Shown here: positions 12,469 through 22,461 of the stretch, in pieces
Layout: the number at the start of each line of letters is the position of its first letter
Position numbering within the stretch: the first letter of the stretch is position 1
Assembly: GCA_963664705.1 (NCBI GenBank)
Contig: OY761556.1
Coordinates: forward strand, 512,001 to 576,000
Direction: 5' to 3'
DNA length: 64,000 nt
Source of the DNA: Acidobacteriota bacterium
GTDB lineage: Bacteria; Acidobacteriota; UBA6911
The notes under the pieces: generated by a model
What the model saw: only the letters and a program-made list of their open reading frames with translations
What the model was told of the DNA's origin: nothing
Databases searched by the model: none
Made by a program: the position numbers and the translations under genes

Positions 12469-13656
12469 TTAGGACGCTGCGACCACATCTGTCGCTCGGG
12501 CCAGGACTTGAGCTTCCCTGCGAGCCCATGCGTCTGCATCGAGCACCGATTGCAAATCGACAATCTTGGCCGGCTGGTGTGCGTCCAGTACCGATTCGAT
12601 AAGCTTTGCAATCTCATGGAAAGCTATGCCGCCATTCAGGAATGCCTCTACCGCAATCTCATTCGCGGCATTCAGCACTGCCGGAGCTGTTCCGCCCGCC
12701 CGGAGAGCTTTGTAAGCCAGGTTGAGGCAGGGGAATTTCTCATAGTCGGGCGCTGAGAACTCGAGTTTCGACATGTTGCGGAAATCCAATGAAGGCAGTG
12801 GCGTAGTCCATCGTTTCGGATATGTCAGTGCATATTGGATCGGAATGCGCATGTCCGTCAGGCCCATCTGCGCAAGGATTGAGCCGTCGACAAATTCCAC
12901 CATTGAGTGGACAACGCTTTGAGGATGAACGACGACATCAATTTTGTCGGGGCCCACGCCGAACAGCCAGGAAGCCTCGATAACCTCCAAGCCCTTGTTC
13001 ATGAGGGTAGCCGAATCAATGGTTATCTTTTTTCCCATGCGCCAGGTGGGGTGGTTGAGCGCCTGCTCCGGAGTCACGGAAGCCAGTTGTTCCTTGGGTG
13101 TGTCACGGAAGGGGCCGCCCGAGGCGGTGAGGATCAGTTTCTTTACTTCCCGTTTTTGCCCTCCACGCAGACATTGATGGATGGCATTGTGCTCGCTGTC
13201 CACCGGCAAAATCGCGGTCTTTTGTTCCCGCGACTTCTTCATTATCAGCGAGCCGGCCATTACCAGAGTCTCCTTGTTGGCCAGGGCAATGCTCTTTCCC
13301 AGTTCCAGCGCGCGATAGGTAGGGAGAAGGCCGGCTGCCCCGGAGATGGCTGAAAGCACCATGGTAGATTCCGGGTGACAGGAGACTTCGATGTGGCCTT
13401 CCACGCCGTGGACGAATCGAGTGCGGGCCATCGGGTAACCGCGCTGCCGCAAAAGGCTTTGCACTTCAGCGGACACATGTTCATCCGCGCTGGATGCAAT
13501 ATCGGGGCAAACCTCTTCAATCTGGCTCGCCAGTTGGCTGACATTTCTGCCGCCGCTGAGTCCTGCTACCCGGAAGTCTTTGGGAAAGCTGGACGTTACC
13601 TTCAGTGTATTTGTGCCGATCGACCCTGTGCAACCCAGGAGAGAGAGAACTTTCAT
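12469..13656 (-). CDS. dxr: 1-deoxy-D-xylulose-5-phosphate reductoisomerase
   Basis: GCTGSIG, LANKETLV, PVDSEH, MGKKITIDSATLMNKGLEVIEA. Confidence 0.97.
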   Translation of the reverse strand: MKVLSLLGCTGSIGTNTLKVTSSFPKDFRVAGLSGGRNVSQLASQIEEVCPDIASSADEHVSAEVQSLLRQRGYPMARTRFVHGVEGHIEVSCHPESTMVLSAISGAAGLLPTYRALELGKSIALANKETLVMAGSLIMKKSREQKTAILPVDSEHNAIHQCLRGGQKREVKKLILTASGGPFRDTPKEQLASVTPEQALNHPTWRMGKKITIDSATLMNKGLEVIEASWLFGVGPDKIDVVVHPQSVVHSMVEFVDGSILAQMGLTDMRIPIQYALTYPKRWTTPLPSLDFRNMSKLEFSAPDYEKFPCLNLAYKALRAGGTAPAVLNAANEIAVEAFLNGGIAFHEIAKLIESVLDAHQPAKIVDLQSVLDADAWARREAQVLARATDVVAAS

Positions 13657-13767
13657 CGATACCTACCCGAAAAAGCCGATATTTTAGCACTATCGATGCA
13701 TGTTGGCGATTTATCTTTGGAATGCACCGGTTGGTTGCCTTTCCGAATAGCGTGAAGTCCCCACACT

Positions 13768-14565
13768 TCAATAAATTTGCAGCAGATAAAAATAGAGTAC
13801 CGGGAAGGCAAACAGCAGGCTGTCCATCCGGTCAAGTACACCCCCGTGTCCGGGGATAAGTTGCGAACTATCTTTGATTTCCGCTGCTCTTTTTAACATG
13901 GACTCGGCCAGGTCTCCCAATTGTCCGAAAAACCCGACCAGGATAGAAGTGATAATGACATGCCGCAGGGGCAGGTCCGGGAAGAGGAAATGTTGAAGCA
14001 GGACGCCGACCGCCAGTCCACCCAGCAGACCCGCGGCCGCACCTTCGTTGGTTTTCTTGGGACTGAGAACCGGGGCAAATTTGGTTTTCCCAAATGTTCG
14101 TCCCCCGGCAAGGGCGAAGGTGTCCCCGGCCCAGATCACTGCGAGAAGGACAATGAACCAATGTAGGCCGGAAGGTCCGAAGTCATAGCGCACTCCGATG
14201 GCCGGATATAAAAAGAGGGCAAGGTAGAGGATTCCAAACAATTCCCACATCAGCGCGATGGCGCGATCCCTTACCGGCAGACTGGTTCTCCACATTGCGG
14301 AAAGAAAAGCCGCGAGCATGACCAGTGAGATCACCGCCATGGATGGAAACCTTCTCTGGTGAAAAGCAATTAACAATATCCAGAACGCGAGGTAACCAAA
14401 CAGCGACTGGACATGGATTTTCATGGCGCGCAGCAATCCGAAATACTCATGCAGGCAGAGTGTTCCAATAACGCCGATGCCGGCCAGAAAGTACCAGGGC
14501 GTTGCATAGATCACTACGAGAATTGCCACCGGAATCATTATTGCCGCCGAAAGAATTCTCTTCAT
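13768..14565 (-). CDS. cdsA: Phosphatidate cytidylyltransferase
   Basis: Start at MKRILSA; SPKKTNEG, GDLAESMLKRAAEIKDSSQLIPGHGGVLDRMDS. Confidence 0.95.
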   Translation of the reverse strand: MKRILSAAIMIPVAILVVIYATPWYFLAGIGVIGTLCLHEYFGLLRAMKIHVQSLFGYLAFWILLIAFHQRRFPSMAVISLVMLAAFLSAMWRTSLPVRDRAIALMWELFGILYLALFLYPAIGVRYDFGPSGLHWFIVLLAVIWAGDTFALAGGRTFGKTKFAPVLSPKKTNEGAAAGLLGGLAVGVLLQHFLFPDLPLRHVIITSILVGFFGQLGDLAESMLKRAAEIKDSSQLIPGHGGVLDRMDSLLFAFPVLYFYLLQIY

Positions 14566-14580
14566 GGTTTTCCTATGTCC

Positions 14581-14679
14581 GCAGTGAGTAGGGGGCCAGA
14601 AAGCAGAAAGCGCCATGCCATTGCATCGCACACCATCGGCAAACCATACTCCGATACTGCCCGCTGCCGACTGTCCACT
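14581..14679. repeat. Inverted pair of degenerate 7-nt arrays between uppS and cdsA
   Basis: GCAGTGA GTAGGGG ...GCAGAAA on the left; ACTGCCC GCTGCCG ACTGTCC on the right. Confidence 0.5.
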
Positions 14680-15439
14680 AAATTCCGCCATAGCGGCGGT
14701 CACGCCGTTGATATTCCAGAATAGCTTCAAGCAGATGTTTGCGCCTGAAGTCGGGCCAGAGAGTTGAAGTAATGTAGAGTTCTGAATAGGCGATCTGCCA
14801 CAGAAGAAAATTGCTGATACGCATTTCGCCGCTTGTTCGAATCAGCAAGTCCGGATCCGGGATCCCGGAAGTGTAAAGCGATTCCGATATCCTTTCTTCG
14901 CTGATGGGAGCTTTATGGCCGTTTTGGCTGTATTGCTCGAAGAGCCGGTTAAATGTATCGACCAATTCCGCGCGGCCGCTGTAATTCAGCGCAACGTTCA
15001 GGATCATTCCCGAGTTGTTGTGAGTGGTTTTGGTGGCGCGCTGAAGCTCCGCCCGAACTGATTCGTCCAGTTCGTGGAGGCGTCCAATGGCCTGAAACCG
15101 GATATTGTTCTTGTGAACATTTTTAAGCTCCAGCCGCACGTATTCCTTCAGCAGATTCATGAGGGTTTTGACTTCTGTGCGGGGGCGCTTCCAGTTTTCG
15201 ACCGAAAAAGCATAGAGCGTGAGAACCTGCAATCCGAGCCGGGCAGAACTGTCCACAATATCGCGAACCGATTCAATGCCTGCGCGATGCCCGGCCACTC
15301 TTGGGAGTTTGCGCAGCCCGGCCCAACGCCCGTTACCGTCCATGATGACGGCAACATGCTTCGGCAAACGGTCTTTATCAATAAGCTTCAACAGACCGGC
15401 CTCCGGACTTCCGGTCTTGGCAAAGCCCTGCAACTCCAT
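14678..15439 (-). CDS. uppS: Undecaprenyl diphosphate synthase (isoprenyl transferase)
   Basis: HVAVIMDGNGRWA, YAFSVENWKRP, DLLIRTSGEMRISNFLLWQ. Confidence 0.97.
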   Translation of the reverse strand: MELQGFAKTGSPEAGLLKLIDKDRLPKHVAVIMDGNGRWAGLRKLPRVAGHRAGIESVRDIVDSSARLGLQVLTLYAFSVENWKRPRTEVKTLMNLLKEYVRLELKNVHKNNIRFQAIGRLHELDESVRAELQRATKTTHNNSGMILNVALNYSGRAELVDTFNRLFEQYSQNGHKAPISEERISESLYTSGIPDPDLLIRTSGEMRISNFLLWQIAYSELYITSTLWPDFRRKHLLEAILEYQRRDRRYGGI

Positions 15440-15519
15440 AGGAATGATCTCCAGTCGGGTATGATAGCAGAAAACACGGGAAACACGGAAGAAAGCGCGA
15501 ACCGAACGAGCCCGGAGTT

Positions 15520-16323
15520 TCAGTGCTTCTTCCCGTTTGCCTTTTTATAGTTTACTTTCATCAGAATCAGTCCATGCGCAGGCGCCGTAAAGCCGGCAAG
15601 GTTTCGATCACGGTTGGTAAATAGAGCCCGGAACTGATCCATTCCCATCGCGCCTCGCCCTACTTCGAGAAGAGTCCCTGCCATGTTTCTGACCATGTGG
15701 TGCAGAAACCCATTTCCTTCCACGGTCAAAAGAAGCCTCTTCCCCATTTTTTTCAGTTCGCACCGAAAAATGTAACGAATGGTGTTGGTGATCGATTCGT
15801 TTGTTTTCGCGAAACTGGCGAAATCATGCTCTCCGGGAAATAGCCGCGCTGCCGCCAGCATCTTTTCAAGATCCACGGGATACTGGTAGTGGAAGTGCTC
15901 TCGAGCAAGGTGTGGAGGCATGATAGTCCCAAGATACACCTGGTATCGGTAAACTTTGGATAATGCGCTTTTGCGGGAATGAAAGTCCTCAGGGACACGA
16001 CGTGCCGACAGGATGCGAATATCCCTGGGAAGAACGGCATTGAGCGCACGGAGCAATTTGCCCGGCGGAATCCTGGACCCGGTAACAAAATTAGCGATCA
16101 GTCCACGGGCATGTGTGCCCGAATCCGTGCGCCCACTTCCGGTAACCGTAACCTTTTCGCCGGTAATCCTGAACAAGGCATCCGCGATGGTCCCTTGAAC
16201 TGTCGGCGAATTCTGCTGAATTTGCCAGCCATGGTAGGCAGTTCCGTCGAAAGCCACCTTTAGCCGGATATTTTTTTTGCCTAGCGGCTGCCGGGTTTGA
16301 TTGCCTGGCTTCCGGTCTTGCAT
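15520..16323 (-). CDS. truA: tRNA pseudouridine(38-40) synthase TruA (start uncertain, overlaps pyrE end)
   Basis: AFDGTAYHGWQ, SGRTDSGTHA, GFLHHMVRNM, TAPAHGL. Confidence 0.95.
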   Translation of the reverse strand: MQDRKPGNQTRQPLGKKNIRLKVAFDGTAYHGWQIQQNSPTVQGTIADALFRITGEKVTVTGSGRTDSGTHARGLIANFVTGSRIPPGKLLRALNAVLPRDIRILSARRVPEDFHSRKSALSKVYRYQVYLGTIMPPHLAREHFHYQYPVDLEKMLAAARLFPGEHDFASFAKTNESITNTIRYIFRCELKKMGKRLLLTVEGNGFLHHMVRNMAGTLLEVGRGAMGMDQFRALFTNRDRNLAGFTAPAHGLILMKVNYKKANGKKH

Positions 16324-16865
16324 AACGGGCACTCTTCAGGTGAATAAGCAGGAACATCGAGAACGGCCAGTGCAACCCGTGGAACGCCCAGATCGGCTCT
16401 GCCACCGGTCCGGTCGATCAGCGATCCTGCCGCTATGACGATGCCTCCGGCTTGGGTGACGACATCCATGGTCTCTTTCGTAGACCCGCCGGTAGTGACG
16501 ACATCTTCCACAACAAACGCCTTTTCGCCCGGTTCAATCTTAAAGCCGCGACGCAGTTTCAACACTCCATCCTGCCGCTCAGCAAAAAGACCGCGGACTC
16601 CCGCTTCCCGCGCTACTTCATGGGCTACAAGAATACCGCCAAGTGCCGGAGCAATAATAAGATCCGGGGCTTCGCTGATGGCCCTCATTCGCGCGGCCAG
16701 TGCCGCTCCCAATGCGGCGGCCTGCCTGGGATTCTGTAACACCAATGCGCACTGCAAATAGCGATCGCTGTGGAGGCCGGATGTCAGTTTGAAATGCCCC
16801 TCCAGAAGCGCGCCTGATTCCTTAAACATTTGAAGCACTTCGTCTTTTGTCATAGAACTACCCAT
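16281..16865 (-). CDS. pyrE: Orotate phosphoribosyltransferase
   Basis: GHFKLTSGLHSDRYLQC, VVEDVVTTGGS PRPP loop, C-terminal CPLC..KPGSR. Confidence 0.95.
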   Translation of the reverse strand: MGSSMTKDEVLQMFKESGALLEGHFKLTSGLHSDRYLQCALVLQNPRQAAALGAALAARMRAISEAPDLIIAPALGGILVAHEVAREAGVRGLFAERQDGVLKLRRGFKIEPGEKAFVVEDVVTTGGSTKETMDVVTQAGGIVIAAGSLIDRTGGRADLGVPRVALAVLDVPAYSPEECPLCKTGSQAIKPGSR

Positions 16866-16950
16866 TTATTAAAAGTTGTATCCACAAGATCCTATGGGAT
16901 TACGCGATCTATGATAAAATGATTCATTCCGTTGGCAAAGGAGTCATTTT

Positions 16951-17700
16951 ATGTCTGGTCACTCAAAGTGGCACTCAATTAAGCACAAGAAAGCAGCTAC
17001 GGATTCGAAACGTGGCAGGATATTCACTCGTCTGATCAAGGAAATGACCGCGGCGGCGCGGGGAGGGGGCGGAGACCCCGACATGAATCCTAGATTACGT
17101 CTCGCCGTTGCGACTGCCAAAGCGTCCAACATGCCCGCCGATAACATCAAAAAGGCGATCATGCGCGGGACCGGCGAACTGCCCGGCGTTTCCTATGAAG
17201 ACATCAACTATGAGGGATACGGCCCTGGAGGCGTGGCTATTTTCATGCACGTCCTGACCGATAACAAGAATCGAACAGTTGCCGAATTGAGGCACGTTCT
17301 TTCGAAGAACGGCGGGAACCTGGGCGAGACGGGATGTGTCGGCTGGATGTTCGATAGAAAGGGCTATTTCGTCGTGGAGAAATCGGCGGCGGATGAGGAT
17401 AAGTTGATGGAACTGGCGCTCGGTGCCGGTGCCGATGATATGCGCGAGGATGGAAGCAACTTTGAGATCCTGACGACTCCCGAAAGCTTCGAGCCCGTGC
17501 GAGCCGCTCTGGAAGCGCAATCTATTCCGACTGCTTCTGCCGAAATTTCCATGATCCCCCAGAATTACATCAAGCTGGAAGGGAAACAGGCTCAGACGAT
17601 GCTGAAACTCATGGAAGCTCTCGAAGACCATGAAGATATTCAGAATGTCTGGTCGAACTTCGACGTCGACGAATCGGCTTTCGAGGAAGAAGCCTCCTAG
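16951..17700 (+). CDS. yebC: YebC/PmpR family DNA-binding regulator
   Basis: [29 protein letters not shown]; AAGGAG SD and upstream TGATAAAAT. Confidence 0.96.
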   Translation: MSGHSKWHSIKHKKAATDSKRGRIFTRLIKEMTAAARGGGGDPDMNPRLRLAVATAKASNMPADNIKKAIMRGTGELPGVSYEDINYEGYGPGGVAIFMHVLTDNKNRTVAELRHVLSKNGGNLGETGCVGWMFDRKGYFVVEKSAADEDKLMELALGAGADDMREDGSNFEILTTPESFEPVRAALEAQSIPTASAEISMIPQNYIKLEGKQAQTMLKLMEALEDHEDIQNVWSNFDVDESAFEEEAS

Positions 17701-17711
17701 GCAACCCGCGG

Positions 17712-18200
17712 ATGCGTATACTGGGCATTGATCCTGGCAGTGGATCCACCGGTTATGGCCTTATCGAAACCGATGGATCCCGCCATCATGCGATTGTATA
17801 TGGCTCTATTTCCACGCAGCCCCGCCAACCCTTTCATGTTCGCCTTCTCAAAATACACCAGGATCTCACCAAGATTCTTCGCCATGAGAAGGCCGATATC
17901 ATGGCCATCGAAGAGGTTTTTCATGCGACGAACGTCCAGTCGGCGCTGCGGTTGGGGCATGCCCGGGGCGTAGCCCTGCTTGTTGCTGCCCAGCACAAAC
18001 TCGGCGTGGCTGAGTATTCCCCGCTTGAAATAAAGAGTGCGGTTGTCGGCTATGGACGCGCGGAAAAGGCGCAGATCCAATCGATGGTTCAGCTGCTGCT
18101 CAACCTCCAGGAAATTCCCAGCCCTGACCATGCCGCCGATGCGCTCGCCGTGGCCATCTGCCACGCCCACCGGGCTCGAATGACGAATTACGAATTGTGA
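17712..18200 (+). CDS. ruvC: Holliday junction endonuclease RuvC
   Basis: ILGIDPG, AIEEVF, GHARG, DHAADALAVAICH. Confidence 0.96.
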   Translation: MRILGIDPGSGSTGYGLIETDGSRHHAIVYGSISTQPRQPFHVRLLKIHQDLTKILRHEKADIMAIEEVFHATNVQSALRLGHARGVALLVAAQHKLGVAEYSPLEIKSAVVGYGRAEKAQIQSMVQLLLNLQEIPSPDHAADALAVAICHAHRARMTNYEL

Positions 18201-18258
18201 AATAGAGTATTCGCCTGGGCAATTATTGGGCTGTCCGCATAAGGGTAATTCGCAATTA
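18178..18258. repeat. Inverted pair of 7-nt arrays at a convergent junction
   Basis: GAATGAC GAATTAC GAATTGT ... GTAATTC GCAATTA. Confidence 0.7.
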
Positions 18259-19062
18259 CTGTATCGCGATGCCGGCGTAGGCAACCACTTGCGTTCTGTC
18301 TCCCGTTACCTCTCCTGAATGGGTGTACTGAATCAGAGTTCCTGCGGAGGCACCCAGGTCGACGAGGGCGGTCAGCACCGATACAGCCGGAGCAAAACCG
18401 CACATTGTTATGTCTTTTTCCATAACCACTCGATAGAGCCCTGCAGGATCGACAGCTATGATCCGGTCCATTGCGAATCTGTCCTGGCGAGCAGCTCTCT
18501 CGGCATCTTCGTAATGACTCATATCGGAGCTGGCAATCAATAGTATCGGTTCCGGCTCGGATTGTATGACCTGTGCCAGTGCATGGCCCAACGCTTCCAG
18601 CATGGAGAAATCCGCGGTGCGCACGCAGATTGCGGAAAACGAAAGATCCGGGCGCAAAACCTGAAGGAAGGGGATCTGAACTTCAAGACAGTGTTCGCTG
18701 CGGTGCGCAACGGTATCCTCCTGGACTTGCGGGCAGGCTTCCAGCAGTTTTTCGTTGAAGACCGTATCGACCGGAGCCAGGCCCAGGGGCGTCTTCCATC
18801 CACTGGCAGAGGAAAGCGATAGTGCGGGACCCCGGCCCGTATGATTGGGCCCAAGGATAACAAAGCGTTTGGGCAGCTTTATCGATGAGAACACCTTGCC
18901 CGCGACCATTCCTGAATAAATGTAGCCGGCATGGGGAACCAGCACACCTTTTGCATTTAACAGCGACTCCGGTTTATATACAAAGGACTCTACTTCTTTT
19001 CGGAGTCGATCCGGATGGCCCGGATAAAATTGTCCTGCATATGCAGCATCTCTCGTGGACAT
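18256..19062 (-). CDS. amrB: AmmeMemoRadiSam system protein B (MEMO1 family)
   Basis: AGQFYP, PHAGYIYSG, GPNHTG, EHCLEVQIPFLQ, ASSDMSHY, TMCG, VVAYAG. Confidence 0.93.
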   Translation of the reverse strand: MSTRDAAYAGQFYPGHPDRLRKEVESFVYKPESLLNAKGVLVPHAGYIYSGMVAGKVFSSIKLPKRFVILGPNHTGRGPALSLSSASGWKTPLGLAPVDTVFNEKLLEACPQVQEDTVAHRSEHCLEVQIPFLQVLRPDLSFSAICVRTADFSMLEALGHALAQVIQSEPEPILLIASSDMSHYEDAERAARQDRFAMDRIIAVDPAGLYRVVMEKDITMCGFAPAVSVLTALVDLGASAGTLIQYTHSGEVTGDRTQVVAYAGIAIQ

Positions 19063-19065
19063 AGG

Positions 19066-20121
19066 TCACCATTGCCAGCGGCTGAATTGGGCCGCTCTCC
19101 TGGATAAATCTCTGAATGCTTCTCCTTCGCGAACGGGCATTTCTTCGGGATGGCTCTTCTCCATCGCCACCATGATTGCCCGCAGGCTGTCCTGTAACCC
19201 CTGCATGCTGTATCCCCCTTCTAGAATAAAGCAGATCTTTCCGTTGCACCAACGTTCGGCAGCCTGCATCAGAGATGCCGCTGCTGAACCATATCCCATG
19301 TGCGTAAGCGCAAGGCCTCCCAGGGGATCTTTGTAGTGGCCATCCAGCCCTGCGGAAACCAGGATTATCTGGGGCTCGTACTGGTCAAGAACCGTGGCGA
19401 TGAGTTTTGAGTAAATGGGAACAAAAATGGAATCGCCCGTTCCTTCCGGCAGCGGGAAGTTCAGCGTATATCCCTTCCCATTGCCGTCGCCGGTTTCGTG
19501 GAAGTCGCCCGTTCCCGGGTAAAAAGGGAATTGGTGTGTGGATATATAGAGAACCTCCGGAGTTCCATAGAAGCAGGATTGGGTTCCATCCCCGTGATGA
19601 ACGTCGAAATCCACAATGGCGATCCGTTCGACTTTATGCCGTGTGCGGAGGTAGGCAGCTGCAAGGGCAATGTTGTTAAAAAGGCAGAAGCCCCTGGCGC
19701 TTTCAGAATTTGCATGGTGTCCCGGCGGGCGGACAAATGCAAAGATCCTGCGGAGTTGCCCGCTGCACAAGGCATCCATGCATTCCAGGACTCCGCCGGC
19801 AGCGAGCAGCGCCGTTTGGTAGCTGTCTGCGGATACTGCGGTATCCACGTCCAGATACGCAGGGGCGCGCCGCACAGCCTGCTCAACGCGCTGGATATGA
19901 ACGGGGTGGTGGATAAGCTCCAGGTCTTCAACAGTGGCTTTGCGGGGAGCCAGCACCCGCCAGCGGCTGAATGCTCCAAAATCCTGGAGCATCTGTCGGA
20001 TGGCGGACAATCTCTGAGGGGATTCCGGATGTCGCGATCCGGGATCGTGAAGTAGATATTGACCATCCAGGAGAAAGCCGAGAGTTTTCTCCTGAATGGA
20101 TATTTGATCTGCTGGGCTCAT
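19066..20121 (-). CDS. Zn-dependent histone deacetylase family amidohydrolase
   Basis: HPESPQRL, RPPGHHA, GFCLFNNIA, DFDVHHGDG, SAGLDGH, LEGGY. Confidence 0.94.
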   Translation of the reverse strand: MSPADQISIQEKTLGFLLDGQYLLHDPGSRHPESPQRLSAIRQMLQDFGAFSRWRVLAPRKATVEDLELIHHPVHIQRVEQAVRRAPAYLDVDTAVSADSYQTALLAAGGVLECMDALCSGQLRRIFAFVRPPGHHANSESARGFCLFNNIALAAAYLRTRHKVERIAIVDFDVHHGDGTQSCFYGTPEVLYISTHQFPFYPGTGDFHETGDGNGKGYTLNFPLPEGTGDSIFVPIYSKLIATVLDQYEPQIILVSAGLDGHYKDPLGGLALTHMGYGSAAASLMQAAERWCNGKICFILEGGYSMQGLQDSLRAIMVAMEKSHPEEMPVREGEAFRDLSRRAAQFSRWQW

Positions 20122-20122
20122 T

Positions 20123-21388
20123 TCAGGCTACGACGCAGCGCTGCTCCTCTATGTGCGCGGCAAATTCACTATAGAATTTTTGTATATAGCTCTCGATCGG
20201 CATTGCTGCCGCATCCGATAACGGACAAATGGTCCGGCCCTTCATTGCAGTGCAAATATCGAGCATCAACTCCAGATCGCCACGCTTGCCATGGCCGTGC
20301 TCGATTCTTTTCAGAATACGGTGGAGCCACTCCGTGCCTTCGCGGCATTGCGTGCACTGCCCGCAGGATTCTTCCGCATAGAATTGGGATATCCGCAAAG
20401 CCGCCTTTACTATGCAGGTGGAGTCGTCCATGACGATAACGCCCGCTGATCCCAGCATGCTTCCGGCTTTCGCGACGGAATCAAAATCAAGTGCGATGTC
20501 CACCTGGTCCGCTGTAAGCACCGGGACGGACGAGCCTCCCGGGACAATGGCCTTCAGTTTGCGTCCGTTGCGAATGCCGCCGCAGTGGTCATAAATCAGC
20601 TCGCGCAGCGAAATCCCCATGGGAAATTCATAAACGCCGCGCTTGACGACATGGCCGCTGACTCCGAACAGACGCGTTCCCGCATTCCGTTCGACTCCGA
20701 TGGCTGCATACCATTCGGGTCCGTTATTGATAATATGGGAGACATTGGCCAGGGTCTCGACATTGTTGATGACCGTTGGCGCACCATAAAGCCCGACCAC
20801 CGCAGGAAATGGGGGTTTCAGCCGCGGATGGCCGCGCTTCCCCTCCAGGGATTCCAGTAAGGCGGTTTCCTCTCCGCAAATGTAGGCCCCGGCACCCCGG
20901 TGGACCAGCAGATCGCAGTCAAATCCGGAACCCAATATATTCTTTCCCAGGAACCCTCTTTCGTAGGCTTCCTCAACCGCTTTGTTCAATACTTCCGAGC
21001 CATAGACAAATTCGCCGCGGATGTAAATAAAGGCTTGATGACACCCGAGCGCATAGGCGGAAATAATGATGCCTTCAATCAGCTGGTGCGGATCCTTTTC
21101 GATAATCAGCCGGTCCTTGAAAGTGCCCGGTTCGCTTTCATCTGCGTTGACACAGAGATAAACCGGCTTGCCACCGTCCTTTGGCACGAATCCCCATTTC
21201 ATTCCCGTAGGGAAGCCTGCCCCGCCGCGGCCGCGCAATCCTGACCGCTTGACGATATCAATGATTTCCTCGGGCTTATACTCGCGCAGCGCTTTGGCGA
21301 GTCCAGCATAGCCCCCGAGAGATTCGTAGACCTTGATCTGCTGAAGATCTGAGACCTGCATGTTCTTCGTCAGTATTTGAATCGACAT
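20123..21388 (-). CDS. nuoF: NADH-quinone oxidoreductase subunit F (FMN, 4Fe-4S), stand-alone
   Basis: GLRGRGGAGFPTG, NADESEPGTFKDR, GAGAYICGEET, ESCGQCTQCREG...ICPL. Confidence 0.95.
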   Translation of the reverse strand: MSIQILTKNMQVSDLQQIKVYESLGGYAGLAKALREYKPEEIIDIVKRSGLRGRGGAGFPTGMKWGFVPKDGGKPVYLCVNADESEPGTFKDRLIIEKDPHQLIEGIIISAYALGCHQAFIYIRGEFVYGSEVLNKAVEEAYERGFLGKNILGSGFDCDLLVHRGAGAYICGEETALLESLEGKRGHPRLKPPFPAVVGLYGAPTVINNVETLANVSHIINNGPEWYAAIGVERNAGTRLFGVSGHVVKRGVYEFPMGISLRELIYDHCGGIRNGRKLKAIVPGGSSVPVLTADQVDIALDFDSVAKAGSMLGSAGVIVMDDSTCIVKAALRISQFYAEESCGQCTQCREGTEWLHRILKRIEHGHGKRGDLELMLDICTAMKGRTICPLSDAAAMPIESYIQKFYSEFAAHIEEQRCVVA

Positions 21389-21540
21389 GGGAATGGAATG
21401 TCCTTTTCTCCAGATATACCTATACTACCATAGGATCGGGAATCTCTTCGAGTACTAGAGTTATTTGATGATAGCGGGATAGATTCCTCAATTTGCGCTA
21501 CAATGAACTCACAGACGGTTCGCAATCAAGGGTGAGCGGG

Positions 21541-22461
21541 ATGGATCTGCCGATTTTGGAGGTTTTTGAGCGGTGTCAGCGACGATATCCCACCGTGCGC
21601 GTCGATGTCGAAGCCTTCGAATCCCGTATCCGCGAAATCCTTTCTACAGAAGCAGCCTCAGCCAAAGAGGCTGCGAAAGCGGAAATTTTTGCCAAACTTC
21701 ACCACGAAGATATTTACCTTGCCCTGGCCTGCGCCGGCGATGACCGTATCGCGTGGGAGTACTTTGCCGATGACTACGTGCCGCTTCTTCGACGGTTTGC
21801 GGGTCAGGCCTGCAACAATGCCGGAGATGCGGAAGACCTGGCTCAGGAAATCACCGCCAAGCTGATGAAAAATAGAGAACGCCTCGGTGGATATAATGGT
21901 CGAGGATCTTTGGCCGGGTGGTTGAGAGTGGCCGTATCCCATGCGGCGATTGACAGATTTCGGCGCACATACAGAATGAGCTCCATGGAAGAACTGGAGC
22001 AAAAGGGAATTGACGTTACGCCGCAAAGTCCGGGGTCGGATTCGGAGGGAGAGTTCCTCGATTCCAGGTGGGGGGAGACAATCGGTCATGTCATTCAGGA
22101 GATACTGCGGGCACTGCCTGTGAGGGATCGGTTGATGCTCAGTCTCTATTACCTGAAAAACGTTTCCCTCCGGGATATCGGCCGCCAGTTTGGCATACAC
22201 GAAGCCACCGCATCCCGCTGGCTTGAGCGGATGCGACAGGATATCCGGAAACAAACGGAGCGGGAACTTCACCGGAAATACCGTCTGACTCCCGACGAAG
22301 TCAAATCGCTTTGGCGATGGGTGCCTCCACTGTCGCTGGCAGATTCGATCGGCCCTCCCACCGAAGGAACTTCAAAATTGCCGAATGAGGGCGGAACGAT
22401 GGAGAAAAAAGCTGCAATCGGAGAAAACTCCGGCGTCATTAAAAAGGAGGAATTGCAGTGA
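21541..22461 (+). CDS. ECF sigma-70 factor with N-terminal extension
   Basis: Region 2 AEDLAQE...GSLAGWLRV; region 4 SLRDIGRQFGIHEATASRWL; N-terminal EDIYLALACA. Confidence 0.87.
   Translation: MDLPILEVFERCQRRYPTVRVDVEAFESRIREILSTEAASAKEAAKAEIFAKLHHEDIYLALACAGDDRIAWEYFADDYVPLLRRFAGQACNNAGDAEDLAQEITAKLMKNRERLGGYNGRGSLAGWLRVAVSHAAIDRFRRTYRMSSMEELEQKGIDVTPQSPGSDSEGEFLDSRWGETIGHVIQEILRALPVRDRLMLSLYYLKNVSLRDIGRQFGIHEATASRWLERMRQDIRKQTERELHRKYRLTPDEVKSLWRWVPPLSLADSIGPPTEGTSKLPNEGGTMEKKAAIGENSGVIKKEELQ

Noticed and set aside
13684-13710. TTAGCACT resembling a CIRCE half-site
   Set aside because: No second half-site at N9; better explained as an extended -10 (TGCTAAAAT) for dxr on the minus strand
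14566-14730. Long N-terminal extensions in the ORF track (cdsA, pdxB, accD, ligA, Hsp20, mpl)
   Set aside because: Artefacts of longest-ORF calling; family homology and SD or -10 placement support downstream starts
16951-18200. yebC-ruvC without ruvAB
   Set aside because: Splitting of this operon is common, so it is not notable alone
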